Origin: Emticicia sp.
GTDB taxonomy: Bacteria > Bacteroidota > Bacteroidia > Cytophagales > Spirosomataceae
DNA: 59,582 nucleotides
Assembly (NCBI GenBank): GCA_023254245.1
Contig: JALQYE010000004.1
Location: forward strand, 1 to 59,582
Direction of reading: 5' to 3'
Below, piece by piece: positions 47,986 to 57,034 of the stretch. The notes under the pieces were generated by a model. The model was not told the DNA's origin. It saw nothing but the letters and a program-made list of their open reading frames with translations, and made no database searches. Made by a program: the position numbers and the translations under genes. Numbering within the stretch: position 1 is the stretch's first letter; every line of letters begins with the position of its first letter.

Positions 47986-49335
47986 ATGAATAAAAACTCA
48001 CTCCTCTATTTTATTGCTGCCGTTGCCGCAACGGGTGGCTTACTTTTTGGCTTTGATACGGGCGTTATCAATGTGGCCTTACCTCAACTCCGTACGAAGT
48101 TCAGTCCGAGCCCCGAAACCGAAGGCTTTATCGTAAGTGCCGTTTTGTTTGGGGGTATGGCAGGGCCATTTATCAGCGGGCCTCTAACCGACTTATTGGG
48201 TCGTAAAAAAATCAATATCATTGCTTCTTTTGTATTTGTTGTTGGGTCAATTATTACCGCCATTGCTCCATCTGTTGCGTTCCTAATCATTGGTCGTTTA
48301 TTTTTAGGTTTAGCCATCGGAATTGTAGCCTCAACTGTGCCACTTTATTTAGCCGAAATCGCTCCAACTGAAAAAAGAGGACAACTCGTTACCTTCTTCC
48401 AGTTAGCCATCACACTGGGCATTCTACTTTCGTATGTGGTTGGGTATTTCTTTGCCGAGCAAGAAGATGGCTGGAGAAGTATGTTCTGGACAGGCTTTAT
48501 CCCTGCCGCAATTCTGATGGTCGGAATGTTTTTTGTACCCGAAAGTCCACGTTGGTTAATTGGCAAAGGTCGTGATGCCGAAGCCCTCGAAGTTTTAAAT
48601 CGCTTGCGTGAACCTGAACAGGCTTTACTGGAAGTTGCTCAAACTCGACAAATTATCGAAGACGAAAAACACAATAAAGGCGATTGGAGAATGCTGTTTA
48701 GCAAGCGTTTACGCATTCCATTGTTTATTGGAATCGGTATTTTCTTTATTCAACAGTTTTCGGGCATTAATGCTATAATATATTTCTCAACTGATATTTT
48801 CAAGAATGTTTTTCCTGATGGTAATACCGCCGCACTCGCCACAGTTGGTGTGGGTGTAATCAATGCCGCTTCTACGTTTTTAGCCATTATGATTTTGGAT
48901 AAATTTGGTAGAAAACAAATTCTCTACACAGGGCTTCTCGGAACAGCCGCTTGTTTAGCAACCGTTGGTTTGGCTTTCTATATGAAAGATTCTCTTAGCC
49001 CCGAACTACAAAAAATTATGCTTGTCGGCGGCGTTTATGTCTATATTATTTTCTTTGCTATTAGTCTCGGGCCATTGGGCTGGTTATTAATTTCAGAAAT
49101 TTACCCACTTAAAATCAGAGGTTTTGCTTCGAGTATGGGAAGCTTCAATCACTGGCTTTTTGATGCAGGTGTGGCATATTCGTTTCCGATTTTAGCTGCC
49201 ACATCGCTCGGTACTAATGGTGGAATTTTTGGTATTTACATGACCGTCGTCTTACTCGGCTTACTCTTTGCTAAATACATTGTTTTTGAAACAAAAGGCA
49301 TGAGTTTAGAAGAAATCGAAAAACGTTATAATTAA
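47986..49335 (+). CDS. Sugar porter family MFS transporter
   Basis: GGLLFGFDTG, LGRKK, PLYLAEIAP..RG, PESPRWL, QQFSGINAIIY, DKFGRK, ETKG.SLEEI. Confidence 0.96.
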   Translation: MNKNSLLYFIAAVAATGGLLFGFDTGVINVALPQLRTKFSPSPETEGFIVSAVLFGGMAGPFISGPLTDLLGRKKINIIASFVFVVGSIITAIAPSVAFLIIGRLFLGLAIGIVASTVPLYLAEIAPTEKRGQLVTFFQLAITLGILLSYVVGYFFAEQEDGWRSMFWTGFIPAAILMVGMFFVPESPRWLIGKGRDAEALEVLNRLREPEQALLEVAQTRQIIEDEKHNKGDWRMLFSKRLRIPLFIGIGIFFIQQFSGINAIIYFSTDIFKNVFPDGNTAALATVGVGVINAASTFLAIMILDKFGRKQILYTGLLGTAACLATVGLAFYMKDSLSPELQKIMLVGGVYVYIIFFAISLGPLGWLLISEIYPLKIRGFASSMGSFNHWLFDAGVAYSFPILAATSLGTNGGIFGIYMTVVLLGLLFAKYIVFETKGMSLEEIEKRYN

Positions 49336-49353
49336 ACCAAACATATAAATTTC

Positions 49354-49396
49354 AAACGAAAGAGCTTAGTTTTTCAGAAACTAAGCTCTTTCGTTT
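49354..49396 (+). terminator. Intrinsic terminator after the MFS gene
   Basis: 19-bp perfect stem AAACGAAAGAGCTTAGTTT/AAACTAAGCTCTTTCGTTT. Confidence 0.8.
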
Positions 49397-49508
49397 TATA
49401 AAACCTTGCTTTTTCGAGCAAATTGCAGAAAATTGCAGAAGTATTCTTTTCATCTATCATTTTCGGTCAAGCCTTCGTTTCAGGCTGAACTAAAAACCAA
49501 AAGAAATC

Positions 49509-49961
49509 ATGAAAAAACTTATTTTATGCTTATTTTTTGCCACAAATCTTGTCTTTGCACAGCACAAAGAAATCATCAAAACCGATAAAGCCCCTGTGCC
49601 AATTGCCCCATACAGTCAGGCCGTAAAATCAAATGGTTTTTTGTTTGTGGCGGGTCAAATTGGCCTCGACCCTGCAACACGAAAATTGGTTGATGGAGGT
49701 TTTGAAGCCGAAACGGTTCGCATCATGGAAAATATCAAAGCGGTTTTAGAGGCTGCCGATGTAAAACTAAGTGATATCGTAAATACCACCATTTACATCA
49801 AAGACATGAACAACTTTGCGAAAGTAAACGAGATTTATGGTAAGTACTTTACAGGCGATTTTCCTGCTCGCACAACCGTTGGCGTGGCTAATCTTCCTGG
49901 AGGAGCAAGTATCGAAATTGCGGTAGTAGCAGCCATAGTCCATAAGCCACGTCGTAAGTAA
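49509..49961 (+). CDS. RidA/YjgF family protein with N-terminal signal peptide
   Basis: APYSQAV, VAGQIG, FAKVNEIY..YF, PARTTV (catalytic Arg), IEI; MKKLILCLFFATNLVFA-Q leader. Confidence 0.9.
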   Translation: MKKLILCLFFATNLVFAQHKEIIKTDKAPVPIAPYSQAVKSNGFLFVAGQIGLDPATRKLVDGGFEAETVRIMENIKAVLEAADVKLSDIVNTTIYIKDMNNFAKVNEIYGKYFTGDFPARTTVGVANLPGGASIEIAVVAAIVHKPRRK

Positions 49962-50150
49962 AATCCAATTTATCTCGAATTTATCTGAAATTGCCTTATT
50001 TTGAGGTAGTTTTGGCATTTATCTCTATATTTGCCAATAAATAATAAGTAGAAGAATTAATGTATAGTTTGACGTAAAATCATTCTACATTTTAACGGTT
50101 CGCCGTAGCGATTCTACATCCGTATTTTCACTAACCCTTCATCATGTTTT

Positions 50151-52574
50151 ATGAGAAAACTATCAGTATTAGGTAGAGCGTTTCGAGTATCCGAACTCCT
50201 TCTCGCTACACTTTTGATTCTTCAAGCATTATTTTCATTTGCCCAACAAGGCGGCACTCAATTTAATGCAAACACCCGTTTTGAACAAATGGGAACTGAA
50301 CTTCCAACACCAAACACCTATCGCACAGCTTCAGGTGCTCCAGGAAAAGATTATTGGCAACAAAAAGCCGATTACGACATCAAGGCAGAGTTAGACGATG
50401 CCAACCAAAAAATCATCGGAACGGAAGTAATTACTTATACCAACAAGTCGCCTGACGAATTGCGTTATTTGTGGTTACAACTCGACCAAAACCTTTTCGA
50501 GAAAGGCTCAATCAACGCCATGACAAAAACGGGTGGAGTTGATGCTCAAGGAATGTCGTTTAATGCTCTTCAAAACGTCAATGCTCCATCATCGGTTTTT
50601 GGTGGAATTTCAGGTAATAAAGAATATGGCTACAAAATTACGGTTGTAAAAGACGCTAAAACTGGCACAGATTTGAAATATACCATCAATAACACCATGA
50701 TGCGTATTGATATTCCTGTAGTTTTAAAACCAGGTCAATCTTATTCTTTCCGAATTGATTGGAACTATAATATCACTAACTACTACGGCCGTTCGGGTAT
50801 GGAGTTTTTCCCGAAAGACGGTAATTACAACTACTTCATTGCTCACTGGTTTCCACGTATGGCCGTGTATGATGACGTAAACGGCTGGCAACACAAACAA
50901 TTCTTAGGACAAGGCGAGTTTACACTCCCTTTCGGAGATTATAAAGTAGAGCTTACCGTACCAAACGACCACGTTGTGGGTGCAACGGGCGAATGCCAAA
51001 ACTATGATAAAGTGTTAAGTGCTGAGCAATTAAAGCGTTTCCAACAAGCGGCTAACTCAAAAACACCTGTACTTATCGTAACACAAGCCGAAGCAGAAGC
51101 TGCCGAAAAAGGCAAGCCAACAGGCAAAAAAACTTGGATTTACAAAGCAACCAACGTACGTGACTTTGCTTTCACATCTTCACGTAAATTTATTTGGGAT
51201 GCCATGCAAACCGATGTCTATAACAACGGACGCAAAATTTGGAGCATGTCATTTTATTCAAAAGAAGGAAACCCTCTTTGGGGACAATATTCAACTCGTG
51301 TAGTTGAACATACTCTAAGAAGCTACGGAAACCGTACGGTTCAATATCCGTATCCAGTAGCTATTTCTTGCCATGCAACCGCGGGTGGTGGTATGGAATA
51401 CCCCATGATTTCGTTCAACGGCGGTCGCCCAGAAGCAGATGGTACTTATTCAGAAGGTACGAAGGCTGGTATGATTGGCGTAATTATCCACGAAGTTGGA
51501 CACAACTTCTTCCCGATGATTGTAAACTCTGACGAACGTCAGTGGTCATGGATGGACGAAGGTTTGAACACTTTCTGCCAATATCTCGCCGAACAAGAGT
51601 GGGACAGAAACTTTCCTTCTCGTCGTGGTGAGCCTCAATTTATTGTGCCTTACATGAAAACCGACAAGTCTCAGCAAGTGCCAATCATGTCGAGTTCGGA
51701 TAATATCATGGCATTTGGCCCAAATGCCTATGCAAAACCAGCAACGGGCTTAAATATCTTGCGTGAAACCGTAATGGGTCGTGAATTATTTGATTATGCG
51801 TTTAAAGAATATGCTCGTCGTTGGGCATTTAAGCACCCAACTCCTGCCGATTTCTTCCGTACGATGGAAGATGCTTCGGGCGTTGATTTAGATTGGTTCT
51901 GGAAAGGTTGGTTCTATGGTGTTGAGCCTGCTGACCAAGATTTAGCAGAAGTTGAATGGTATGCTGCTGATAACCAAGACCCAATTGCTAAAAAAGCGGC
52001 AGAAAAAGCTGATGCAGAAGCAAAAAAACAAACATTAAGCAATATCCGTAACCAAACTGATATCAAGCAAACAGTAGTTGAAGCAGATTCTACGATGAGA
52101 GATTTCTATAATTCGTACGATAGATACGCTGTAACTTCGGCCGATAAACAAAAATCAGAGCAATACAAATCAAGTTTGAGCGAAGATGAGCGTAAATTAT
52201 TGGAATCAGGCATGAACTACTATGTGTTGAAAGTGAAAAACAAAGGTGGTTTGCCAATGCCTGTAATCGTGAAGATGGATTATGAAGATGGCACGAACGA
52301 AATCGTTAGAATTCCTGCCGAAATATGGCGTTTGAACGACAAAGAAGTGAAGAAAACAATTCCGACAAAGAAGAAGGTAACGAAGTTTACACTCGACCCA
52401 TTCTACGAAATTGCTGACATCGACACGGAAAATAATGCGTTCCCACGTGAGCCAGAAAAACCAACGAAATTCCAAGCATTTAAACAAGGTTCGTTCCGTC
52501 CGCAAGGCCAAAACCCTATGCAAGAAGCACAGAAAAATAAACCTGCTGGAACCCAAACAAGCGGGAAGAACTAA
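50151..52574 (+). CDS. M1 family metallo-aminopeptidase, exported
   Basis: GGMEYP, HEVGH..WMDEG zinc motif, AYAKPA; hydrophobic leader; TATATTTG promoter element at 50026. Confidence 0.93.
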   Translation: MRKLSVLGRAFRVSELLLATLLILQALFSFAQQGGTQFNANTRFEQMGTELPTPNTYRTASGAPGKDYWQQKADYDIKAELDDANQKIIGTEVITYTNKSPDELRYLWLQLDQNLFEKGSINAMTKTGGVDAQGMSFNALQNVNAPSSVFGGISGNKEYGYKITVVKDAKTGTDLKYTINNTMMRIDIPVVLKPGQSYSFRIDWNYNITNYYGRSGMEFFPKDGNYNYFIAHWFPRMAVYDDVNGWQHKQFLGQGEFTLPFGDYKVELTVPNDHVVGATGECQNYDKVLSAEQLKRFQQAANSKTPVLIVTQAEAEAAEKGKPTGKKTWIYKATNVRDFAFTSSRKFIWDAMQTDVYNNGRKIWSMSFYSKEGNPLWGQYSTRVVEHTLRSYGNRTVQYPYPVAISCHATAGGGMEYPMISFNGGRPEADGTYSEGTKAGMIGVIIHEVGHNFFPMIVNSDERQWSWMDEGLNTFCQYLAEQEWDRNFPSRRGEPQFIVPYMKTDKSQQVPIMSSSDNIMAFGPNAYAKPATGLNILRETVMGRELFDYAFKEYARRWAFKHPTPADFFRTMEDASGVDLDWFWKGWFYGVEPADQDLAEVEWYAADNQDPIAKKAAEKADAEAKKQTLSNIRNQTDIKQTVVEADSTMRDFYNSYDRYAVTSADKQKSEQYKSSLSEDERKLLESGMNYYVLKVKNKGGLPMPVIVKMDYEDGTNEIVRIPAEIWRLNDKEVKKTIPTKKKVTKFTLDPFYEIADIDTENNAFPREPEKPTKFQAFKQGSFRPQGQNPMQEAQKNKPAGTQTSGKN

Positions 52575-52590
52575 TTAAAATAATTTCAAT

Positions 52591-52636
52591 AAACAAAAAG
52601 CCTCGAAATAGAAATTCTACTTCGAGGCTTTTGTTT
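52591..52636. terminator. Bidirectional terminator between convergent genes
   Basis: AAAAGCCTCGAA...TTCGAGGCTTTT stem. Confidence 0.8.
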
Positions 52637-52643
52637 TCTGCTG

Positions 52644-52667
52644 ACTGTTGACCGTAAACTGTTGACT
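52644..52667. repeat. Heptamer tandem repeat (family C)
   Basis: ACTGTTG ACCGTAA ACTGTTG ACT directly after the acyl-CoA dehydrogenase stop. Confidence 0.6.
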
Positions 52668-52668
52668 T

Positions 52669-54468
52669 TTACATCACCACTTCTTTCTCGGTCATAATGG
52701 TAAGCACTTCTTCGTCCATCAATCGAGTAGCCAAACCTTGCGTTTTCGGAATTTCATAATGGAAGAAATATTTCATCGTATGAATTTTACTTTCATAAAA
52801 CTCTACATCATCCGCATTATCTGACGAAACGATTAACTTCTGTTTTGCCACAACCGCCTGTTTCAACCATTGCCAAGCCACCACATTTAAGCTAAACATT
52901 TCCATGTAAAGCGTAGCATCAGATAAGAATCGTTCCACATCGCCTGTTCCTGCAATTCCCAACAAGTGCATAGTCACTTTTTGTAGACGTTCGCCTTCTT
53001 CTTTTAACGAAAGTGCGTAACGTTTCAAATCGTCGTATTGCAAAGCTGCCATTACAGTTTTACCAACTTCTTGGGCCAGAAGCATCGTTGCCTTCCCTCC
53101 TGCCATCGGTACTTTTCGACCAAGCAAATCTTGCGACTGAATACCCGTTGTTCCTTCGTAAATTGGCGTAATACGAATATCTCGATAATATTGTTCAACA
53201 GGGAAATCTTCCGTAAAACCATATCCACCAAAACACTGCACCGCATCACTAATTGCTTTCATACCGTATTCACAAGGGAAAGTCTTAGCAATTGGTGTCA
53301 ACAATTCGAGCATCAAATGAGCACTTTCTTTCTCTTCTGGGTCATCAGAGGCCTCCGAAAGGTCGAAATATTTGGATGTTTCGAGTAAAAGCGACAACGA
53401 ACCCTCAACAACGGCTTTCTGAAACAACAACATTCGTTTCACATCGGGGTGCTGAATAATCTGAATCTGCGGAGCATCCAATGCGTGTTTCTGATTTAAT
53501 CGGCGGCTTTGTGGACGCTCTTTGGCGTATTCGAGTGCCGCATAGTAAGCTGCCGATGCAATTGAAGCTCCCGTGATACCCACGCCAATACGAGCTTCGT
53601 TCATCATCTGAAACATATAATTCAAGCCCTTGTTTGGCTCGCCAACCAAATATCCGATACAATCATCGTTTTTATCACCAAAGCCCAAGTGCATAGCTGG
53701 TACGCCCTTTTGGCCTAACTTATGGTAAATTCCCATAGAGGTCACGTCATTATCGGTACCATCTATGCGGAATTTTGGAATCACAAACAACGAAATACCC
53801 TTCGTGCCAAGTGGAGCTCCTTTAATACGACCAATGAATAGGTGAATCACGTTGTCAGTAGCATCATGGTCACCCGCCGAAATAAATACCTTTTGTCCAC
53901 GAATTTTATATGTTCCGTCTTCCAAAGGTTCGGCCGTAGAAGTAATGTCTGATAACGAACTTCCCGCTTGTGGCTCGGTCAAGCACATCGTGCCTTGCCA
54001 TTTCCCCGAAATCATATTCGGTATGTAGGTGTCTTTCAACTCTTGTGAACCAAAACTGGCAATCAGACGAGCCGCTCCCGCCGTAAGGCCCGTAAACATC
54101 ATTCCGTTATTGGCCGACATCAAGATATACCCTAAAATACTCGTGACCGTTACTGGCATTTGGGCTCCACCATTTTCATAATCAAAATCAGCCCCAATGA
54201 GTCCAGATTCGCCAAGAGCTTTCAAATAATCTTTAATAGCTGGGTGAACCGTTACTTTTCCATCTTTGAGTTCTGGTTGATTCTTATCGACATCTTTCAC
54301 AAACGGAAACATCAGATTATCAGCAATTTGTGTTGCTGCATCAATCGTCATGTCGAAAGTTTCTTTGTTGTGGTCGGCATAGCGAGCGTGTTGCGTCAGC
54401 GTTTCTGCCTCATGAACTTCATAAAGCAAGAAGTCCACGTTTCTTTTATTGAAATAGTTCTTTGCCAT
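52669..54468 (-). CDS. Acyl-CoA dehydrogenase (long, about 600-aa type)
   Basis: GTMCLTEPQAGS, GQKVFIS.GDHD, GTKGISLF, MFQMMNEAR, FGGYGF, PIYEGTTGIQ. Confidence 0.95.
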   Translation of the reverse strand: MAKNYFNKRNVDFLLYEVHEAETLTQHARYADHNKETFDMTIDAATQIADNLMFPFVKDVDKNQPELKDGKVTVHPAIKDYLKALGESGLIGADFDYENGGAQMPVTVTSILGYILMSANNGMMFTGLTAGAARLIASFGSQELKDTYIPNMISGKWQGTMCLTEPQAGSSLSDITSTAEPLEDGTYKIRGQKVFISAGDHDATDNVIHLFIGRIKGAPLGTKGISLFVIPKFRIDGTDNDVTSMGIYHKLGQKGVPAMHLGFGDKNDDCIGYLVGEPNKGLNYMFQMMNEARIGVGITGASIASAAYYAALEYAKERPQSRRLNQKHALDAPQIQIIQHPDVKRMLLFQKAVVEGSLSLLLETSKYFDLSEASDDPEEKESAHLMLELLTPIAKTFPCEYGMKAISDAVQCFGGYGFTEDFPVEQYYRDIRITPIYEGTTGIQSQDLLGRKVPMAGGKATMLLAQEVGKTVMAALQYDDLKRYALSLKEEGERLQKVTMHLLGIAGTGDVERFLSDATLYMEMFSLNVVAWQWLKQAVVAKQKLIVSSDNADDVEFYESKIHTMKYFFHYEIPKTQGLATRLMDEEVLTIMTEKEVVM

Positions 54469-54470
54469 AA

Positions 54471-54557
54471 AACCCTAAACCGATACGTCGGACCGCCCTA
54501 AAAGGGATTTTAAATTTTGTTATAGATTTTTTTAGCCCCCCTTTAGGGGCTGGGGGT
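54471..54557. repeat. Family B REP-like doublet with a 15-bp insertion in the left arm
   Basis: AACCCTAAAC[CGATACGTCGGACCG]CCCTAAAAGGG ... CCCCCCTTTAGGGGCTGGGGGT. Confidence 0.7.
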
Positions 54558-54868
54558 TACATCAACCCCAACATTTTAGCATATTTCATCATAGCACCTG
54601 GATTCGATAGTTTTAGTTTGCCCATCATCATAGCCATCATCGGATTCATATCGCCCGTTGCAATCTTCACAAAATCATCGGCATCAGCTTTCACAACGCA
54701 CTCGGCGGTGCCAACAAACCCTTCCGCAAACTCAGCTTTACCATCGGCCACTATCATCGAATAGTCAGCACCGCCACCAAAATCAAAATGTAAAGTAGTT
54801 GTTACGCCATCAATATCTGCTGCTGTGAGTCTCGAAGCTGTGTTCTGTAAATATTCTTTCGCTGTCAT
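54557..54868 (-). CDS. SCP2 sterol/lipid-binding domain protein
   Basis: LHFDFGG, DFVKIATGDMNPMMAMMMGKLKLS signature. Confidence 0.92.
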   Translation of the reverse strand: MTAKEYLQNTASRLTAADIDGVTTTLHFDFGGGADYSMIVADGKAEFAEGFVGTAECVVKADADDFVKIATGDMNPMMAMMMGKLKLSNPGAMMKYAKMLGLM

Positions 54869-54935
54869 GTTTTTTATTTTTTTGAAATGTAAGGTTTAAA
54901 AGATTCCGAAAGTTAGTAAAAAAAAGAAATAACAT

Positions 54936-54953
54936 TATGCAAGCATACTATTA
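54936..54953 (-). promoter_or_regulatory. Second copy of the TAATAGTATGCTTGCATA operator, upstream of SCP2/acyl-CoA dehydrogenase
   Basis: Plus strand TATGCAAGCATACTATTA is the exact reverse complement of 22505-22522. Confidence 0.75.
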
Positions 54954-55147
54954 ATTTTTCTTTGAAATTTGCCTTTTTGTTGAAAAAAGTCAATATTTGA
55001 CAAGCATAATCAAAAAATTTCGTAATAATGTATCCGTTCGTTCAGAAAACGAAGATACATTTTGGTTTTTACTTGAGCCATCGTAAATTTCAGTGATTAT
55101 GGTATAAGAATTGCTCAGATTACTCCATAAAGAAAAACACCCAAAGG

Positions 55148-55173
55148 TGTTACTTTTTTCTAACCACTTGGTC
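55148..55173 (+). promoter_or_regulatory. Possible ECF-type autoregulatory promoter
   Basis: TGTTAC-N16-GGTC ending 4 nt before the TTG start. Confidence 0.35.
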
Positions 55174-55177
55174 AAAA

Positions 55178-55780
55178 TTGAAAAATAAAGCATTTAAAAA
55201 TACGCCTGACGAGGAGTTGGTTCGACTATACGTTGAAACCCAACGAAATCTTTATTTTGAAGAACTCTACGACCGTTACGTCGATAAGGTTTATAGAAAA
55301 TGTCTGTCTTTTGTAAAAAATGAGGCACAAGCTGAAGATTTCACGCACGATATATTTTTGCGTTTGGTTCTGAAGATTGGAAGTTTTAAAGAACAAGCGA
55401 AATTCTCTACTTGGCTTTACTCCATCACTTATAATTATTGTATGGACCAAATGAGGGTTGTTAAAAAACAAGCAGAAACCGCCCTTGACGAAAACTTCGA
55501 CCTCGAACAAGAAGAGGACGACTCCGAATTAGTAGAAATCCAAGCCCAAGATTTAAAGAAAGCCTTACAAAAAATTGACCCAGATGAACGTGCTATCTTG
55601 TTGATGAAATATCAGGATGATTTTAGCATTAAAGAAATAGCTGACACTTTTAAAATTAGTGAAAGTGCGGTAAAGATGCGTTTGATGCGTACGAAAGAAA
55701 AATTAAGAAAGATTTATACAGAAAATATTGTTTTCTTTATGATTATAATAGCCAAAGCTATTTGGTTCTGGAAAAAATAG
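55178..55780 (+). CDS. ECF sigma-70 factor with hydrophobic C-terminal extension
   Basis: Region 2 AEDFTHDIF, FSTWLYSITYNYC; region 4 SIKEIA..SESAVKMRL.R; tail NIVFFMIIIAKAIWFWKK; TTG start uncertain. Confidence 0.92.
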   Translation: MKNKAFKNTPDEELVRLYVETQRNLYFEELYDRYVDKVYRKCLSFVKNEAQAEDFTHDIFLRLVLKIGSFKEQAKFSTWLYSITYNYCMDQMRVVKKQAETALDENFDLEQEEDDSELVEIQAQDLKKALQKIDPDERAILLMKYQDDFSIKEIADTFKISESAVKMRLMRTKEKLRKIYTENIVFFMIIIAKAIWFWKK

Positions 55781-55808
55781 CAAATGCCTTATACTTAAAA
55801 CAACAACA

Positions 55809-55979
55809 ATGGAAGATTTTGATGAAAATGCAACCGCCCCGGAGCATCTGAAAGGAATGCTAACGGCCGAAATTGATGCTATTCGGGACGCCATGCAAAT
55901 CGTACAAATGTTTTTGGGCGAAACGATGGTTGCAGGAGTAAAACTCTTACAAGAATTAGAACCAAAAGATAATCAATAA
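55809..55979 (+). CDS. Unannotated 56-aa small protein
   Basis: Below the ORF-track cutoff; manual translation MEDFDENATAPEHLKGMLTAEIDAIRDAMQIVQMFLGETMVAGVKLLQELEPKDNQ; A-rich leader; fills the gap between co-oriented genes. Confidence 0.75.
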   Translation: MEDFDENATAPEHLKGMLTAEIDAIRDAMQIVQMFLGETMVAGVKLLQELEPKDNQ

Positions 55980-56013
55980 ACTGATAACAACTTTTCAAAT
56001 TAACAACGCATAC

Positions 56014-56841
56014 ATGAAACCGACACTTAGTTTTACGGATACCCTACTGGCAACTTTTAATGATATGATTAGAAGTTTCATGACTTTCTTCTATAATTTA
56101 ATCGGAGCCGTAATTATTTTATTAATTGGTTGGGGAGTGGCCAAAATGGTAGCAGCTGTAACAAAAAAAATGCTCGAACAAGTTGGAGCTGATAAGATAG
56201 GCGATAAACTCAACGAAATTGATGCCATTAAGGGCTTAAAGTTAGAAATCAAGCTGAGTTCTATCATCTCTAAGGTTCTTTACTATTTTATCCTAATTTT
56301 CATGCTTCGCCCTGCAGCTGATACTCTGGGTGTACCTGCGATTTCGGATATGGTGAAGCTTTTGGTTGAATTTATTCCTAAGCTTATTTCATCGGCATTG
56401 ATGCTTTCAGCAGGGGTTTTCTTGGCTGATGCTCTCAAAAACTTTGTAGTCACGCTCTGTAAATCATTCAATATTGCCGCAGGAAAGCTTATCGGAACGG
56501 CTATTTTCTTCTTCTTATTGATAATCTTTGTGATTCAGTCAGTAGCTCAAGTGGGTATCAACACGAGCCTACTTGAATCGAGTTTTAATTTATTAGTAGG
56601 AGGCATTATATTTGCTTTTGCGATTGGCTACGGATTTGCTTCAAAAGAAATTCTACTAAATATTATTTCATCATTTTACAGTAGAAACCGCTACAAAGAA
56701 GGCCAAGTAATAGCAATTGATGGAGTAAAAGGTGAAATTATTGCAATGGATAATACAACTATTACTTTAAAAACGGGCGATTCTAAAACGATTTTCCCTT
56801 TACAAGTCTTACAGTCGAAAACTGTCACTGTTTTTGAATAA
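56014..56841 (+). CDS. MscS/CmpX-like mechanosensitive channel protein with TM-helix repeats
   Basis: NLIGAVIILLIGW and FIPKLISSAL repeats, AFAIGYGFASKEILLNIIS, GQVIAIDGVKGEI beta domain; very short C-terminus. Confidence 0.85.
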   Translation: MKPTLSFTDTLLATFNDMIRSFMTFFYNLIGAVIILLIGWGVAKMVAAVTKKMLEQVGADKIGDKLNEIDAIKGLKLEIKLSSIISKVLYYFILIFMLRPAADTLGVPAISDMVKLLVEFIPKLISSALMLSAGVFLADALKNFVVTLCKSFNIAAGKLIGTAIFFFLLIIFVIQSVAQVGINTSLLESSFNLLVGGIIFAFAIGYGFASKEILLNIISSFYSRNRYKEGQVIAIDGVKGEIIAMDNTTITLKTGDSKTIFPLQVLQSKTVTVFE

Positions 56842-56846
56842 CATGC

Positions 56847-56877
56847 AAGCCCCACATTGATAACCGATGTGGGGCTT
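56847..56877 (+). terminator. Intrinsic terminator
   Basis: AAGCCCCACAT/ATGTGGGGCTT followed by ATTTT. Confidence 0.7.
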
Positions 56878-57034
56878 ATTTTAGATACCTCACCTTTTTT
56901 GCTGTTACTATTTTCCTCTCTCAAAGTCTCAAAAGTATTAGTTACTGCATACAAAACCCCTATTCTTCATGCTGTAATACTAATAAACACATATCAATCA
57001 ATTACTTAATCATAAAACAAACTCCTATTTTGTA

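Noticed and set aside
50045-50125. Repeated ATTCTACAT and small hairpins in the M1 peptidase leader as a riboswitch
   Set aside because: No match to a riboswitch class I recognise and stems are short; an Rfam/covariation search would be needed
56937-56985. Imperfect inverted repeat upstream of DUF3078 as a third copy of the lipid operator
   Set aside because: It contains TGCATAC but lacks the TATGC-NN-GCATA dyad
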